DNA of 64,000 nt from Eledone cirrhosa (GCA_964016885.1 OZ024742.1:162998001-163062000); one strand, 5' to 3'. Positions 39,838 to 54,800 are shown, counted from the first letter of the stretch. Made by a program: numbers and translations. Notes: a model not told the origin generated them from the sequence alone.

Positions 39838-42800
39838 AAATTATCTCCCCTTGGACGGCTGGAAATTATCTCCCCTTGGACGGCTAGAAATTACCTCTCC
39901 TTGGACGGCTGAAAATTATCTCCCCTTGGACGGCTGCAAATTATCTCCCCTTGATTTTTTAACAAATTATCTCCCCCTGATTTTTTTTTACAAATTATCT
40001 CCCCCTGATTTTTTTTTAAAAATTATCTCCCCCTGATTTTTTTACAAATTATCTCCCCCTGATTTTTTTTACAATCTCCGCCTGATTTTTTTAAAAATTA
40101 TCTTCCCTTGGCTGGCGGGAAATTATCTCCCCTTGGACGGCTGGAAATTATATCCCCTTGGAAGGATGGAAATTATCTCCCCTTGGACGGCTGGAAATTA
40201 TCTCCCCTTGGACGGCTGGAAATTATCTCCCCTTGGACAGCTGGAAATTATCTGCCCTTGATTTTGTTTTTACAAATTATCTCCACCTGATTTTTTCAAA
40301 AATTATCTCCCCTTGGACGGCTGGAAATTATCTCCCCTTGATTTTTTTACAAATTATCTCCCCCTGATTTTTTTTACAAATTATCTCCCCCTGATTTTTT
40401 GTTACAAATTATCTCCCGCTGATTTTTTTACAAATTATCTCCCCCTGATTTTTTTTACAAATTATCTCCGCCTGATTTTTTTAAATATTATCTTCCCTTG
40501 GCTGGCGGGAAATTATCTCACCTTGGACGGCTGAAAATTATCTCCCCTTGGACGGCTGGAAATTATCTCCCCTTGATTTTTTTTACAAATTATCTCCCCC
40601 TGATTTTTTTTACAAATTATCTCCCCCTGATTTTTTTTTACAAATTATCTCCCCCTGATTTTTTTTTACAAATTATCTGCCCCTGATTTTTTTTACAAAT
40701 TATCTCCCCCTGATTTTTTTACAAATTATCTCCCCTTGGCTGGCTGGAAATTATCTCCCCTTGGAGGCTGGAATTTATCTCCCCTTGGACGGCTAGAAAT
40801 TACCTCTCCTTGGACGGCTGGAAAATATTTCTCCTTGGACGGCTGGATATTATCTACCCTTGGACGGGTGGAAATTATCTCCCCTTAGACGGCTGGAAAT
40901 TATCTCCCCTTGGACGGCTAGATATTACCTCCCCTTGGACGGCTGGAAATTATCTCCCCTTGATTTTTTTACAAATTATCTCCCTCTGATTTTTTTTTTA
41001 CAAATTATCTCCCCCTGATTTTTTTACAAATTATCTCCCCCTGATTTTTTTTACAAATTATCTCCGCCTGATTTTTTTAAATATTATCTTCTCTTGGCTG
41101 GCGGGAAATTATCTCCCCTTGGACGGCTGAAAATTATCTCCCCTTGGGCGGCTGGAAATTATCTCCCCTTGATTTTTTTTACAAATTATCTCCCCCTGAT
41201 TTTTTTTTACAAATTATCTCCCCCTGATTTTTTTTTACAAATTATCTCCCCCTGATTTTTTTTTACAAATTATCTCCCCCTGATTTTTTTTTACAAATTA
41301 TCTCCCCCTGATTTTTTTACAAATTATCTCCCCTTAGCTGGCTGGAAATTATCTCCCCTTGGAGGCTGGAATTTATCTCCCCTTGGACGGCTAGAAATTA
41401 CCTCTCCTTGGACGGCTGGAAAATATGTCCTTGGACGGCTGGATATTATCTACCCTTGGACGGCTGGAAATTATCTCCCCTTGGACGGCTGGAAATTATC
41501 TCCCCTTGGACGGCTAGATATTACCTCCCCTTGGACGGCTGGAAATTATCTCCCCTTGATTTTTTTTACAAATTATCTCCCCCTGATTTTTTTTTACAAA
41601 TTATCTCCCCCTGATTTTTTTTTACAAATTATCTACCCCTGATTTTTTTTTACAAATTATCTCCCCCTGATTTTTTTTACAAATTATCTCTCCCTGATTT
41701 TTTTTTACAAATTATCTCCCCCTGATTTTTTTTTACAAATTATCTACCCCTGATTTTTTTTTACAAATTATCTCCCCCTGATTTTTTTTACAAATTATTT
41801 CCCCCTGATTTTTTTTACAAATTATCTCCCCCTGATTTTTTTACAAATTATCTCCCCCCGATTTTTTTTACAAATTATCTCCGCCTAATTTTTTTAAATA
41901 TTATCTTCCCTTGGCTGGCGGGAAATTATCTCCCCTTGGACGGCTGAAAATTATCTCCCCTTGGACGGCTGGAAATTATCTCCCCTTGATTTTTTTACAA
42001 ATTATCTCCCCCTGATTATTTTTTACAAATTATCTCCCCCTGATTTTTTTTTACAAATTATCTCCCCCTGATTTTTTTACAAATTATCTCCCCTTGGCTG
42101 GCTGGAAATTATCTCCCCTTGGAGGCTGGAATTTATCTCCCCTTGGACGGTTAGAAATTACCTCTCCTTGGACTGCTGGAAAATATGTCTCCTTGGACGG
42201 CTGGAAATTATCTCCCCTGGGACGGCTGGAAATTATCTCCCCTTGGACGGCTGGAAATTATCTCTCCTCGGACGACTAGAAATTACCTCTCCTTGGACAG
42301 CTGAAAATTATCTCCCCTTGGACGGCTGGAAATTATCTCCCCTTGATTTTTTTTACAAATTATCTCCCCCTGATTTTATTTTACAAATTATCTCCCCCTG
42401 ATTTTTTTTACAAATTATCTGCCCCTGATATTTTTTACAAATTATCTCCCCCTGATTTTTTTACAAATTATCTCCCCTTGGCTGGCTGGAAATTATCTCC
42501 CCTTGGAGGCTGGAATTTATCTCCCCTTGGACGGCTAGAAATTACCTCGCCTTGGACGGCTGGAAAATATGTCTCCTTGGACGGCTGGAAATTATCTCCC
42601 CTTGGACGGCTGGAAATTATCTCCCCTTGGACGGCTAGATATTACCTCCCCTTGGACGGCTGGAAATTATCTCCCCTTGATTTTTTTTACAAATTATCTC
42701 CCCCTGATTTTTTTTTACAAATTATCTCCCCCTGATTTTTTTTACAAATTATCTCCCCCTGATTTTTTTACAAATTATCTCCCCCCGATTTTTTTTACAA

Positions 42801-45800
42801 ATTATATCCGCCTAATTTTTTTAAATATTATCTTCCCTTGGCTGGCGGGAAATTATCTCCCCTTGGACGGCTGAAAATTATCTCCCCTTGGACGGCTGGA
42901 AATTATCTCCCCTTGATTTTTTTACAAATTATCTCCCCCTGATTATTTTTTACAAATTATCTCCCCCTGATTTTTTTTTACAAATTATCTCCCTCTGATT
43001 TTTTTTACAAATTATCTCCCCTTGGCTGGCTGGAAATTATCTCCCCTTGGAGGCTGGAATTTATCTCCCCTTGGATGGTTAGAAATTACCTCTCCTTGGA
43101 CTGCTGGAAAATATGTCTCCTTGGACGGCTGGAAATTATCTCCCCTTGGACGGCTGGAAATTATCTCCCCTTGGACGGCTGGAAATTATCTCTCCTCGGA
43201 CGACTAGAAATTACCTCTCCTTGGACAGCTGAAAATTATCTCCCCTTGGACGGCTGGAAATTATCTCCCCTTGATTTTTTTTACAAATTATCTCCCCCTG
43301 ATTTTTTTTTACAAATTATCTCCCCCTGATTTTTTTTTACAAATTATCTCCCCCTGATTTTTTTTACAAATTATCTCCCCCTGATATTTTTTACAAATTA
43401 TCTCCCCCTGATTTTTTTACAAATTATCTCCCCTTGGCTGGCTGGAAATTATCTCCCCTTGGAGGCTGGAATTTATCTCCCCTTGGACGGCTAGAAATTA
43501 CCTCCCCTTGGACGGCTGGAAATTATCTCCCCTTGGACGGCTAGATATTACCTCCCCTTGGACGGCTGGAAATTATCTCCCCTTGATTTTTTTTACAATT
43601 TATCTCCCCCTGATTTTTTTTTACAAATTATCTCCCCCTGATTTTTTTTTACGAATTATCTCCCCCCGATTTTTTTTTACAAATTATCTCCGCCTGATTT
43701 TTTAAAAAAAATTATCTCCCCTTGAACGGCTGGAAATTATCTCCCCTTGGACGGCTGGAAATTATCTCCCCTTGGACGGCTAGAAATTACCTCTCCTTGG
43801 ACGGCTGAAAATTATCTCCCCTTGGACGGCTGCAAATTATCTCCCCTTGATTTTTTAACAAATTATCTCCCCCTGATTTTTTTTTACAAATTATCTCCCC
43901 CTGATTTTTTTTTAAAAATTATCTCCCCCTGATTTTTTTACAAATTATCTCCCCCTGATTTTTTTTACAATCTCCGCCTGATTTTTTTAAAAATTATCTT
44001 CCCTTGGCTGGCGGGAAATTATCTCCCCTTGGACGGCTGGAAATTATATCCCCTTGGAAGGATGGAAATTATCTCCCCTTGGACGGCTGGAAATTATCTC
44101 CCCTTGGACGGCTGGAAATTATCTCCCCTTGGACAGCTGGAAATTATCTGCCCTTGATTTTGTTTTTACAAATTATCTCCCCCTGATTTTTTTTACAAAT
44201 TATCTCCACCTGATTTTTTCAAAAATTATCTCCCCTTGGACGGCTGGAAATTATCTCCCCTTGATTTTTTTACAAATTATCTCCCCCTGATTTTTTTTAC
44301 AAATTATCTCCCCCTGATTTTTTTTTTACAAATTATCTCCCCCTGATTTTTTTACAAATTATCTCCCCCTGATTTTTTTTACAAATTATCTCCGCCTGAT
44401 TTTTTTAAATATTATCTTCCCTTGGCTGGCGGGAAATTATCTCCCCTTGGACGGCTGAAAATTATCTCCCCTTGGACGGCTGGAAATTATCTCCCCTTGA
44501 TTTTTTTTACAAATTATCTCCCCCTGATTTTTTTTTACAAATTATCTCCCCCTGATTTTTTTTTACAAATTATCTCCCCCTGATTTTTTTTTACAAATTA
44601 TCTCACCCTGATTTTTTTTACAAATTATCTCCCCCTGATTTTTTTACAAATTATCTCCCCTTGGCTGGCTGGAAATTATCTCCCCTTGGAGGCTGGAATT
44701 TATCTCCCCTTGGACGGCTAGAAATTACCTCTCCTTGGACGGCTGGAAAATATGTCTCCTTGGACGGCTGGATATTATCTACCCTTGGACGGCTGGAAAT
44801 TATCTCCCCTTGGACGGCTGGAAATTATCTCCCCTTGGACGGCTAGATATTACCTCCCCTTGGACGGCTGGAAATTATCTCCCCTTGATTTTTTTACAAA
44901 TTATCTCCCCCTGATTTTTTTACAAATTATCTCCCCCTGATTTTTTTTACAAATTATCTCCGCCTAATTTTTTTAAATATTATCTTCCCTTGGCTGGCGG
45001 GAAATTATCTCCCCTTGGACGGCTGAAAATTATCTCCCCTTGGACGGCTGGAAATTATCTCCCCTTGATTTTTTTTACAAATTATCTCCCCCTGATTTTT
45101 TTTTACGAATTATCTCCCCCTGATTTTTTTTTACAAATTATCTCCGCCTGATTTTTTTTTTAAATTATCTCCCCTTGAACGGCTGGAAATTATCTCCCCT
45201 TGGACGGCTGGAAATTATCTCCCCTTGGACGGCTAGAAATTACCTCTCCTTGGACGGCTGAAAATTATCTCCCCTTGGACGGCTGCAAATTATCTCCCCT
45301 TGATTTTTTTAACAAATTATCTCCCCCTGATTTTTTTTTACAAATTATCTCCCCCTGATTTTTTTTTACAAATTATCTACGCCTAATTTTTTTTACAAAT
45401 TATCTCCCCCTGATTTTTTTTTACAAATTATCTACCCCTGATTTTTTTTACAAATTATCTCCCCCTGATTTTTTTTACAAATTATCTCCCCCCTGATTTT
45501 TTTTACAATCTCCGCCTGATTTTTTTAAAAATTATCTTCCCTTGGCTGGCAGGAAATTATCTCCCCTTGGACGGCTGGAAATTATATACCCTTGGAAGGA
45601 TGGAAATTATCTCCCCTTGGACGGCTGGAAATTATCTCCCCTTGGACGGCTGGAAATTACCTCCCCTTGGACAGCTGGAAATTATCTGCCCTTGATTTTG
45701 TTTTTACAAATTATCTCCCCCTGATTTTTATTACAAATTATCTCCACCTGATTTTTTAAAAAATTATCTCCCCTTGATTTTTTTACAAATTATCTCCCCC

Positions 45801-48800
45801 TGATTTTTTTTACAAATTATCTCCCCCTGATTTTTTTTTTACAAATTATCTCCCCCTGATTTTTTTACAAATTATCTCCCCCTGATTTTTTTTACAAATT
45901 ATCTCCGCCTGATTTTTTTAAATATTATCTTCCCTTGGCTGGCGGGAAATTATCTCCCCTTGGACGGCTGAAAATTATCTCCCCTTGGACGGCTGGAAAT
46001 TATCTCCCCTTGATTTTTTTTACAAATTATCTCCCCCTGATTTTTTTTTACAAATTATCTCCCCCTGATTTTTTTTTACAAATTATCTCCCCCTGATTTT
46101 TTTTTACAAATTATCTGCCCCTGATTTTTTTTACAAATTATCTCCCCCTGATTTTTTTACAAATTATCTCCCCTTGGCTGGCTGGAAATTATCTCCCCTT
46201 GGAGGCTGGAATTTATCTCCCCTTGGACGGCTAGAAATTACCTCTCCTTGGACGGCTGGAAAATATTTCTCCTTGGACGGCTGGATATTATCTACCCTTG
46301 GACGGGTGGAAATTATCTCCCCTTGGACGGCTGGAAATTATCTCCCCTTGGACGGCTAGATATTACCTCCCCTTGGACGGCTGGAAATTATCTCCCCTTG
46401 ATTTTTTTTACAAATTATCTCCCCCTGATTTTTTTTACAAATTATCTCCACCTGATTTTTTTACAAATTATCTCCCCCTGATTTTTTTTACAAATTATCT
46501 CCCCCTGATTTTTTTTTTACAAATTATGTCCCCCTGATTTTTTTACAAATTATCTCCCCCTGATTTTTTTTACAAATTATCTCCGCCTGATTTTTTTAAA
46601 TATTATCTTCCCTTGGCTGGCGGGAAATTATCTCCCCTTGGACGGCTGGAAATTATCTCCCCTTGATTTTTTTTACAAATTATCTCCCCCTGATTTTTTT
46701 TTACAAATTATCTCCCCCTGATTTTTTTTTACAAATTATCTACCCCTGATTTTTTTTTACAAATTATCTCCCCCTGATTTTTTTTACAAATTATCTCTCC
46801 CTGATTTTTTTTTACAAATTATCTCCCCCTGATTTTTTTTTACAAATTATCTACCCCTGATTTTTTTTTACAAATTATCTCCCCCTGATTTTTTTTACAA
46901 ATTATTTTCCCCTGATTTTTTTTTACAAATTATCTCCCCCTGATTTTTTTACAAATTATCTCCCCCGATTTTTTTTACAAATTATCTCCGCCTAATTTTT
47001 TTAAATATTATCTTCCCTTGGCTGGCGGGAAATTATCTCCCCTTGGACGGCTGGAAATTATCTCCCCTTGGACGGCTAGAAATTACCTCTCCTTGGACGG
47101 CTGAAAATTATCTCCCCTTGGACGGCTGCAAATTATCTCCCCTTGATTTTTTAACAAATTATCTCCCCCTGATTTTTTTTTACAAATTATCTCCCCCTGA
47201 TTTTTTTTTAAAAATTATCTCCCCCTGATTTTTTTACAAATTATCTCCCCCTGATTTTTTTTACAATCTCCGGCTGATTTTTTTAAAAATTATCTTCCCT
47301 TGGCTGGCGGGAAATTATCTCCCCTTGGACGGCTGGAAATTATATCCCCTTGGAAGGATGGAAATTATCTCCCCTTGGACGGCTGGAAATTATCTCCCCT
47401 TGGACGGCTGGAAATTATCTCCCCTTGGACAGCTGGAAATTATCTGCCCTTGATTTTGTTTTTACAAATTATCTCCACCTGATTTTTTCAAAAATTATCT
47501 CCCCTTGGACGGCTGGAAATTATCTCCCCTTGATTTTTTTACAAATTATCTCCCCCTGATTTTTTTTACAAATTATCTCCCCCTGATTTTTTGTTACAAA
47601 TTATCTCCCGCTGATTTTTTTACAAATTATCTCCCCCTGATTTTTTTTACAAATTATCTCCGCCTGATTTTTTTAAATATTATCTTCCCTTGGCTGGCGG
47701 GAAATTATCTCCCCTTGGACGGCTGAAAATTATCTCCCCTTGGACGGCTGGAAATTATCTCCCCTTGATTTTTTTTACAAATTATCTCCCCCTGATTTTT
47801 TTTACAAATTATCTCCCCTGATTTTTTTTTACAAATTATCTCCCCCTGATTTTTTTTTACAAATTATCTGCCCCTGATTTTTTTTACAAATTATCTCCCC
47901 CTGATTTTTTTACAAATTATCTCCCCTTGGCTGGCTGGAAATTATCTCCCCTTGGAGGCTGGAATTTATCTCCCCTTGGACGGCTAGAAATTACCTCTCC
48001 TTGGACGGCTGGAAAATATTTCTCCTTGGACGGCTGGATATTATCTACCCTTGGACGGGTGGAAATTATCTCCCCTTAGACGGCTGGAAATTATCTCCCC
48101 TTGGACGGCTAGATATTACCTCCCCTTGGACGGCTGGAAATTATCTCCCCTTGATTTTTTTACAAATTATCTCCCTCTGATTTTTTTTTTACAAATTATC
48201 TCCCCCTGATTTTTTTACAAATTATCTCCCCCTGATTTTTTTTACAAATTATCTCCGCCTGATTTTTTTAAATATTATCTTCTCTTGGCTGGCGGGAAAT
48301 TATCTCCCCTTGGACGGCTGAAAATTATCTCCCCTTGGGCGGCTGGAAATTATCTCCCCTTGATTTTTTTTACAAATTATCTCCCCCTGATTTTTTTTTA
48401 CAAATTATCTCCCCCTGATTTTTTTTTACAAATTATCTCCCCCTGATTTTTTTTTACAAATTATCTCCCCCTGATTTTTTTTTACAAATTATCTCCCCCT
48501 GATTTTTTTACAAATTATCTCCCCTTAGCTGGCTGGAAATTATCTCCCCTTGGAGGCTGGAATTTATCTCCCCTTGGACGGCTAGAAATTACCTCTCCTT
48601 GGACGGCTGGAAAATATGTCCTTGGACGGCTGGATATTATCTACCCTTGGACGGCTGGAAATTATCTCCCCTTGGACGGCTGGAAATTATCTCCCCTTGG
48701 ACGGCTAGATATTACCTCCCCTTGGACGGCTGGAAATTATCTCCCCTTGATTTTTTTTACAAATTATCTCCCCCTGATTTTTTTTTACAAATTATCTCCC

Positions 48801-51800
48801 CCTGATTTTTTTTTACAAATTATCTACCCCTGATTTTTTTTTACAAATTATCTCCCCCTGATTTTTTTTACAAATTATCTCTCCCTGATTTTTTTTTACA
48901 AATTATCTCCCCCTGATTTTTTTTTACAAATTATCTACCCCTGATTTTTTTTTACAAATTATCTCCCCCTGATTTTTTTTACAAATTATTTCCCCCTGAT
49001 TTTTTTTACAAATTATCTCCCCCTGATTTTTTTACAAATTATCTCCCCCCGATTTTTTTTACAAATTATCTCCGCCTAATTTTTTTAAATATTATCTTCC
49101 CTTGGCTGGCGGGAAATTATCTCCCCTTGGACGGCTGAAAATTATCTCCCCTTGGACGGCTGGAAATTATCTCCCCTTGATTTTTTTACAAATTATCTCC
49201 CCCTGATTATTTTTTACAAATTATCTCCCCCTGATTTTTTTTTACAAATTATCTCCCCCTGATTTTTTTACAAATTATCTCCCCTTGGCTGGCTGGAAAT
49301 TATCTCCCCTTGGAGGCTGGAATTTATCTCCCCTTGGACGGTTAGAAATTACCTCTCCTTGGACTGCTGGAAAATATGTCTCCTTGGACGGCTGGAAATT
49401 ATCTCCCCTGGGACGGCTGGAAATTATCTCCCCTTGGACGGCTGGAAATTATCTCTCCTCGGACGACTAGAAATTACCTCTCCTTGGACAGCTGAAAATT
49501 ATCTCCCCTTGGACGGCTGGAAATTATCTCCCCTTGATTTTTTTTACAAATTATCTCCCCCTGATTTTATTTTACAAATTATCTCCCCCTGATTTTTTTT
49601 ACAAATTATCTGCCCCTGATATTTTTTACAAATTATCTCCCCCTGATTTTTTTACAAATTATCTCCCCTTGGCTGGCTGGAAATTATCTCCCCTTGGAGG
49701 CTGGAATTTATCTCCCCTTGGACGGCTAGAAATTACCTCGCCTTGGACGGCTGGAAAATATGTCTCCTTGGACGGCTGGAAATTATCTCCCCTTGGACGG
49801 CTGGAAATTATCTCCCCTTGGACGGCTAGATATTACCTCCCCTTGGACGGCTGGAAATTATCTCCCCTTGATTTTTTTTACAAATTATCTCCCCCTGATT
49901 TTTTTTTACAAATTATCTCCCCCTGATTTTTTTTACAAATTATCTCCCCCTGATTTTTTTACAAATTATCTCCCCCCGATTTTTTTTACAAATTATATCC
50001 GCCTAATTTTTTTAAATATTATCTTCCCTTGGCTGGCGGGAAATTATCTCCCCTTGGACGGCTGAAAATGATCTCCCCTTGGACGGCTGGAAATTATCTC
50101 CCCTTGATTTTTTTACAAATTATCTCCCCCTGATTATTTTTTACAAATTATCTCCCCCTGATTTTTTTTTACAAATTATCTCCCTCTGATTTTTTTTACA
50201 AATTATCTCCCCTTGGCTGGCTGGAAATTATCTCCCCTTGGAGGCTGGAATTTATCTCCCCTTGGATGGTTAGAAATTACCTCTCCTTGGACTGCTGGAA
50301 AATATGTCTCCTTGGACGGCTGGAAATTATCTCCCCTTGGACGGCTGGAAATTATCTCCCCTTGGACGGCTGGAAATTATCTCTCCTCGGACGACTAGAA
50401 ATTACCTCTCCTTGGACAGCTGAAAATTATCTCCCCTTGGACGGCTGGAAATTATCTCCCCTTGATTTTTTTTACAAATTATCTCCCCCTGATTTTTTTT
50501 TACAAATTATCTCCCCCTGATTTTTTTTTACAAATTATCTCCCCCTGATTTTTTTTACAAATTATCTCCCCCTGATATTTTTTACAAATTATCTCCCCCT
50601 GATTTTTTTACAAATTATCTCCCCTTGGCTGGCTGGAAATTATCTCCCCTTGGAGGCTGGAATTTATCTCCCCTTGGACGGCTAGAAATTACCTCCCCTT
50701 GGACGGCTGGAAATTATCTCCCCTTGGACGGCTAGATATTACCTCCCCTTGGACGGCTGGAAATTATCTCCCCTTGATTTTTTTTACAATTTATCTCCCC
50801 CTGATTTTTTTTTACAAATTATCTCCCCCTGATTTTTTTTTACGAATTATCTCCCCCCGATTTTTTTTTACAAATTATCTCCGCCTGATTTTTTAAAAAA
50901 AATTATCTCCCCTTGAACGGCTGGAAATTATCTCCCCTTGGACGGCTGGAAATTATCTCCCCTTGGACGGCTAGAAATTACCTCTCCTTGGACGGCTGAA
51001 AATTATCTCCCCTTGGACGGCTGCAAATTATCTCCCCTTGATTTTTTAACAAATTATCTCCCCCTGATTTTTTTTTACAAATTATCTCCCCCTGATTTTT
51101 TTTTAAAAATTATCTCCCCCTGATTTTTTTACAAATTATCTCCCCCTGATTTTTTTTACAATCTCCGCCTGATTTTTTTAAAAATTATCTTCCCTTGGCT
51201 GGCGGGAAATTATCTCCCCTTGGACGGCTGGAAATTATATCCCCTTGGAAGGATGGAAATTATCTCCCCTTGGACGGCTGGAAATTATCTCCCCTTGGAC
51301 GGCTGGAAATTATCTCCCCTTGGACAGCTGGAAATTATCTGCCCTTGATTTTGTTTTTACAAATTATCTCCCCCTGATTTTTTTTACAAATTATCTCCAC
51401 CTGATTTTTTCAAAAATTATCTCCCCTTGGACGGCTGGAAATTATCTCCCCTTGATTTTTTTACAAATTATCTCCCCCTGATTTTTTTTACAAATTATCT
51501 CCCCCTGATTTTTTTTTTACAAATTATCTCCCCCTGATTTTTTTACAAATTATCTCCCCCTGATTTTTTTTACAAATTATCTCCGCCTGATTTTTTTAAA
51601 TATTATCTTCCCTTGGCTGGCGGGAAATTATCTCCCCTTGGACGGCTGAAAATTATCTCCCCTTGGACGGCTGGAAATTATCTCCCCTTGATTTTTTTTA
51701 CAAATTATCTCCCCCTGATTTTTTTTTACAAATTATCTCCCCCTGATTTTTTTTTACAAATTATCTCCCCCTGATTTTTTTTTACAAATTATCTCACCCT

Positions 51801-54800
51801 GATTTTTTTTACAAATTATCTCCCCCTGATTTTTTTACAAATTATCTCCCCTTGGCTGGCTGGAAATTATCTCCCCTTGGAGGCTGGAATTTATCTCCCC
51901 TTGGACGGCTAGAAATTACCTCTCCTTGGACGGCTGGAAAATATGTCTCCTTGGACGGCTGGATATTATCTACCCTTGGACGGCTGGAAATTATCTCCCC
52001 TTGGACGGCTGGAAATTATCTCCCCTTGGACGGCTAGATATTACCTCCCCTTGGACGGCTGGAAATTATCTCCCCTTGATTTTTTTACAAATTATCTCCC
52101 CCTGATTTTTTTACAAATTATCTCCCCCTGATTTTTTTTACAAATTATCTCCGCCTAATTTTTTTAAATATTATCTTCCCTTGGCTGGCGGGAAATTATC
52201 TCCCCTTGGACGGCTGAAAATTATCTCCCCTTGGACGGCTGGAAATTATCTCCCCTTGATTTTTTTTACAAATTATCTCCCCCTGATTTTTTTTTACGAA
52301 TTATCTCCCCCTGATTTTTTTTTACAAATTATCTCCGCCTGATTTTTTTTTTAAATTATCTCCCCTTGAACGGCTGGAAATTATCTCCCCTTGGACGGCT
52401 GGAAATTATCTCCCCTTGGACGGCTAGAAATTACCTCTCCTTGGACGGCTGAAAATTATCTCCCCTTGGACGGCTGCAAATTATCTCCCCTTGATTTTTT
52501 TAACAAATTATCTCCCCCTGATTTTTTTTTACAAATTATCTCCCCCTGATTTTTTTTTACAAATTATCTACGCCTAATTTTTTTTACAAATTATCTCCCC
52601 CTGATTTTTTTTTACAAATTATCTACCCCTGATTTTTTTTACAAATTATCTCCCCCTGATTTTTTTTACAAATTATCTCCCCCCTGATTTTTTTTACAAT
52701 CTCCGCCTGATTTTTTTAAAAATTATCTTCCCTTGGCTGGCAGGAAATTATCTCCCCTTGGACGGCTGGAAATTATATACCCTTGGAAGGATGGAAATTA
52801 TCTCCCCTTGGACGGCTGGAAATTATCTCCCCTTGGACGGCTGGAAATTACCTCCCCTTGGACAGCTGGAAATTATCTGCCCTTGATTTTGTTTTTACAA
52901 ATTATCTCCCCCTGATTTTTATTACAAATTATCTCCACCTGATTTTTTAAAAAATTATCTCCCCTTGATTTTTTTACAAATTATCTCCCCCTGATTTTTT
53001 TTACAAATTATCTCCCCCTGATTTTTTTTTTACAAATTATCTCCCCCTGATTTTTTTACAAATTATCTCCCCCTGATTTTTTTTACAAATTATCTCCGCC
53101 TGATTTTTTTAAATATTATCTTCCCTTGGCTGGCGGGAAATTATCTCCCCTTGGACGGCTGAAAATTATCTCCCCTTGGACGGCTGGAAATTATCTCCCC
53201 TTGATTTTTTTTACAAATTATCTCCCCCTGATTTTTTTTTACAAATTATCTCCCCCTGATTTTTTTTTACAAATTATCTCCCCCTGATTTTTTTTTACAA
53301 ATTATCTGCCCCTGATTTTTTTTACAAATTATCTCCCCCTGATTTTTTTACAAATTATCTCCCCTTGGCTGGCTGGAAATTATCTCCCCTTGGAGGCTGG
53401 AATTTATCTCCCCTTGGACGGCTAGAAATTACCTCTCCTTGGACGGCTGGAAAATATTTCTCCTTGGACGGCTGGATATTATCTACCCTTGGACGGGTGG
53501 AAATTATCTCCCCTTGGACGGCTGGAAATTATCTCCCCTTGGACGGCTAGATATTACCTCCCCTTGGACGGCTGGAAATTATCTCCCCTTGATTTTTTTT
53601 ACAAATTATCTCCCCCTGATTTTTTTTACAAATTATCTCCACCTGATTTTTTTACAAATTATCTCCCCCTGATTTTTTTTACAAATTATCTCCCCCTGAT
53701 TTTTTTTTTACAAATTATGTCCCCCTGATTTTTTTACAAATTATCTCCCCCTGATTTTTTTTACAAATTATCTCCGCCTGATTTTTTTAAATATTATCTT
53801 CCCTTGGCTGGCGGGAAATTATCTCCCCTTGGACGGCTGGAAATTATCTCCCCTTGATTTTTTTTACAAATTATCTCCCCCTGATTTTTTTTTACAAATT
53901 ATCTCCCCCTGATTTTTTTTTACAAATTATCTACCCCTGATTTTTTTTTACAAATTATCTCCCCCTGATTTTTTTTACAAATTATCTCTCCCTGATTTTT
54001 TTTTACAAATTATCTCCCCCTGATTTTTTTTTACAAATTATCTACCCCTGATTTTTTTTTACAAATTATCTCCCCCTGATTTTTTTTACAAATTATTTTC
54101 CCCTGATTTTTTTTACAAATTATCTCCCCCTGATTTTTTTACAAATTATCTCCCCCCGATTTTTTTTACAAATTATCTCCGCCTAATTTTTTTAAATATT
54201 ATCTTCCCTTGGCTGGCGGGAAATTATCTCCCCTTGGACGGCTGGAAATTATCTCCCCTTGGACGGCTAGAAATTACCTCTCCTTGGACGGCTGAAAATT
54301 ATCTCCCCTTGGACGGCTGCAAATTATCTCCCCTTGATTTTTTAACAAATTATCTCCCCCTGATTTTTTTTTACAAATTATCTCCCCCTGATTTTTTTTT
54401 AAAAATTATCTCCCCCTGATTTTTTTACAAATTATCTCCCCCTGATTTTTTTTACAATCTCCGCCTGATTTTTTTAAAAATTATCTTCCCTTGGCTGGCG
54501 GGAAATTATCTCCCCTTGGACGGCTGGAAATTATATCCCCTTGGAAGGATGGAAATTATCTCCCCTTGGACGGCTGGAAATTATCTCCCCTTGGACGGCT
54601 GGAAATTATCTCCCCTTGGACAGCTGGAAATTATCTGCCCTTGATTTTGTTTTTACAAATTATCTCCACCTGATTTTTTCAAAAATTATCTCCCCTTGGA
54701 CGGCTGGAAATTATCTCCCCTTGATTTTTTTACAAATTATCTCCCCCTGATTTTTTTTACAAATTATCTCCCCCTGATTTTTTGTTACAAATTATCTCCC

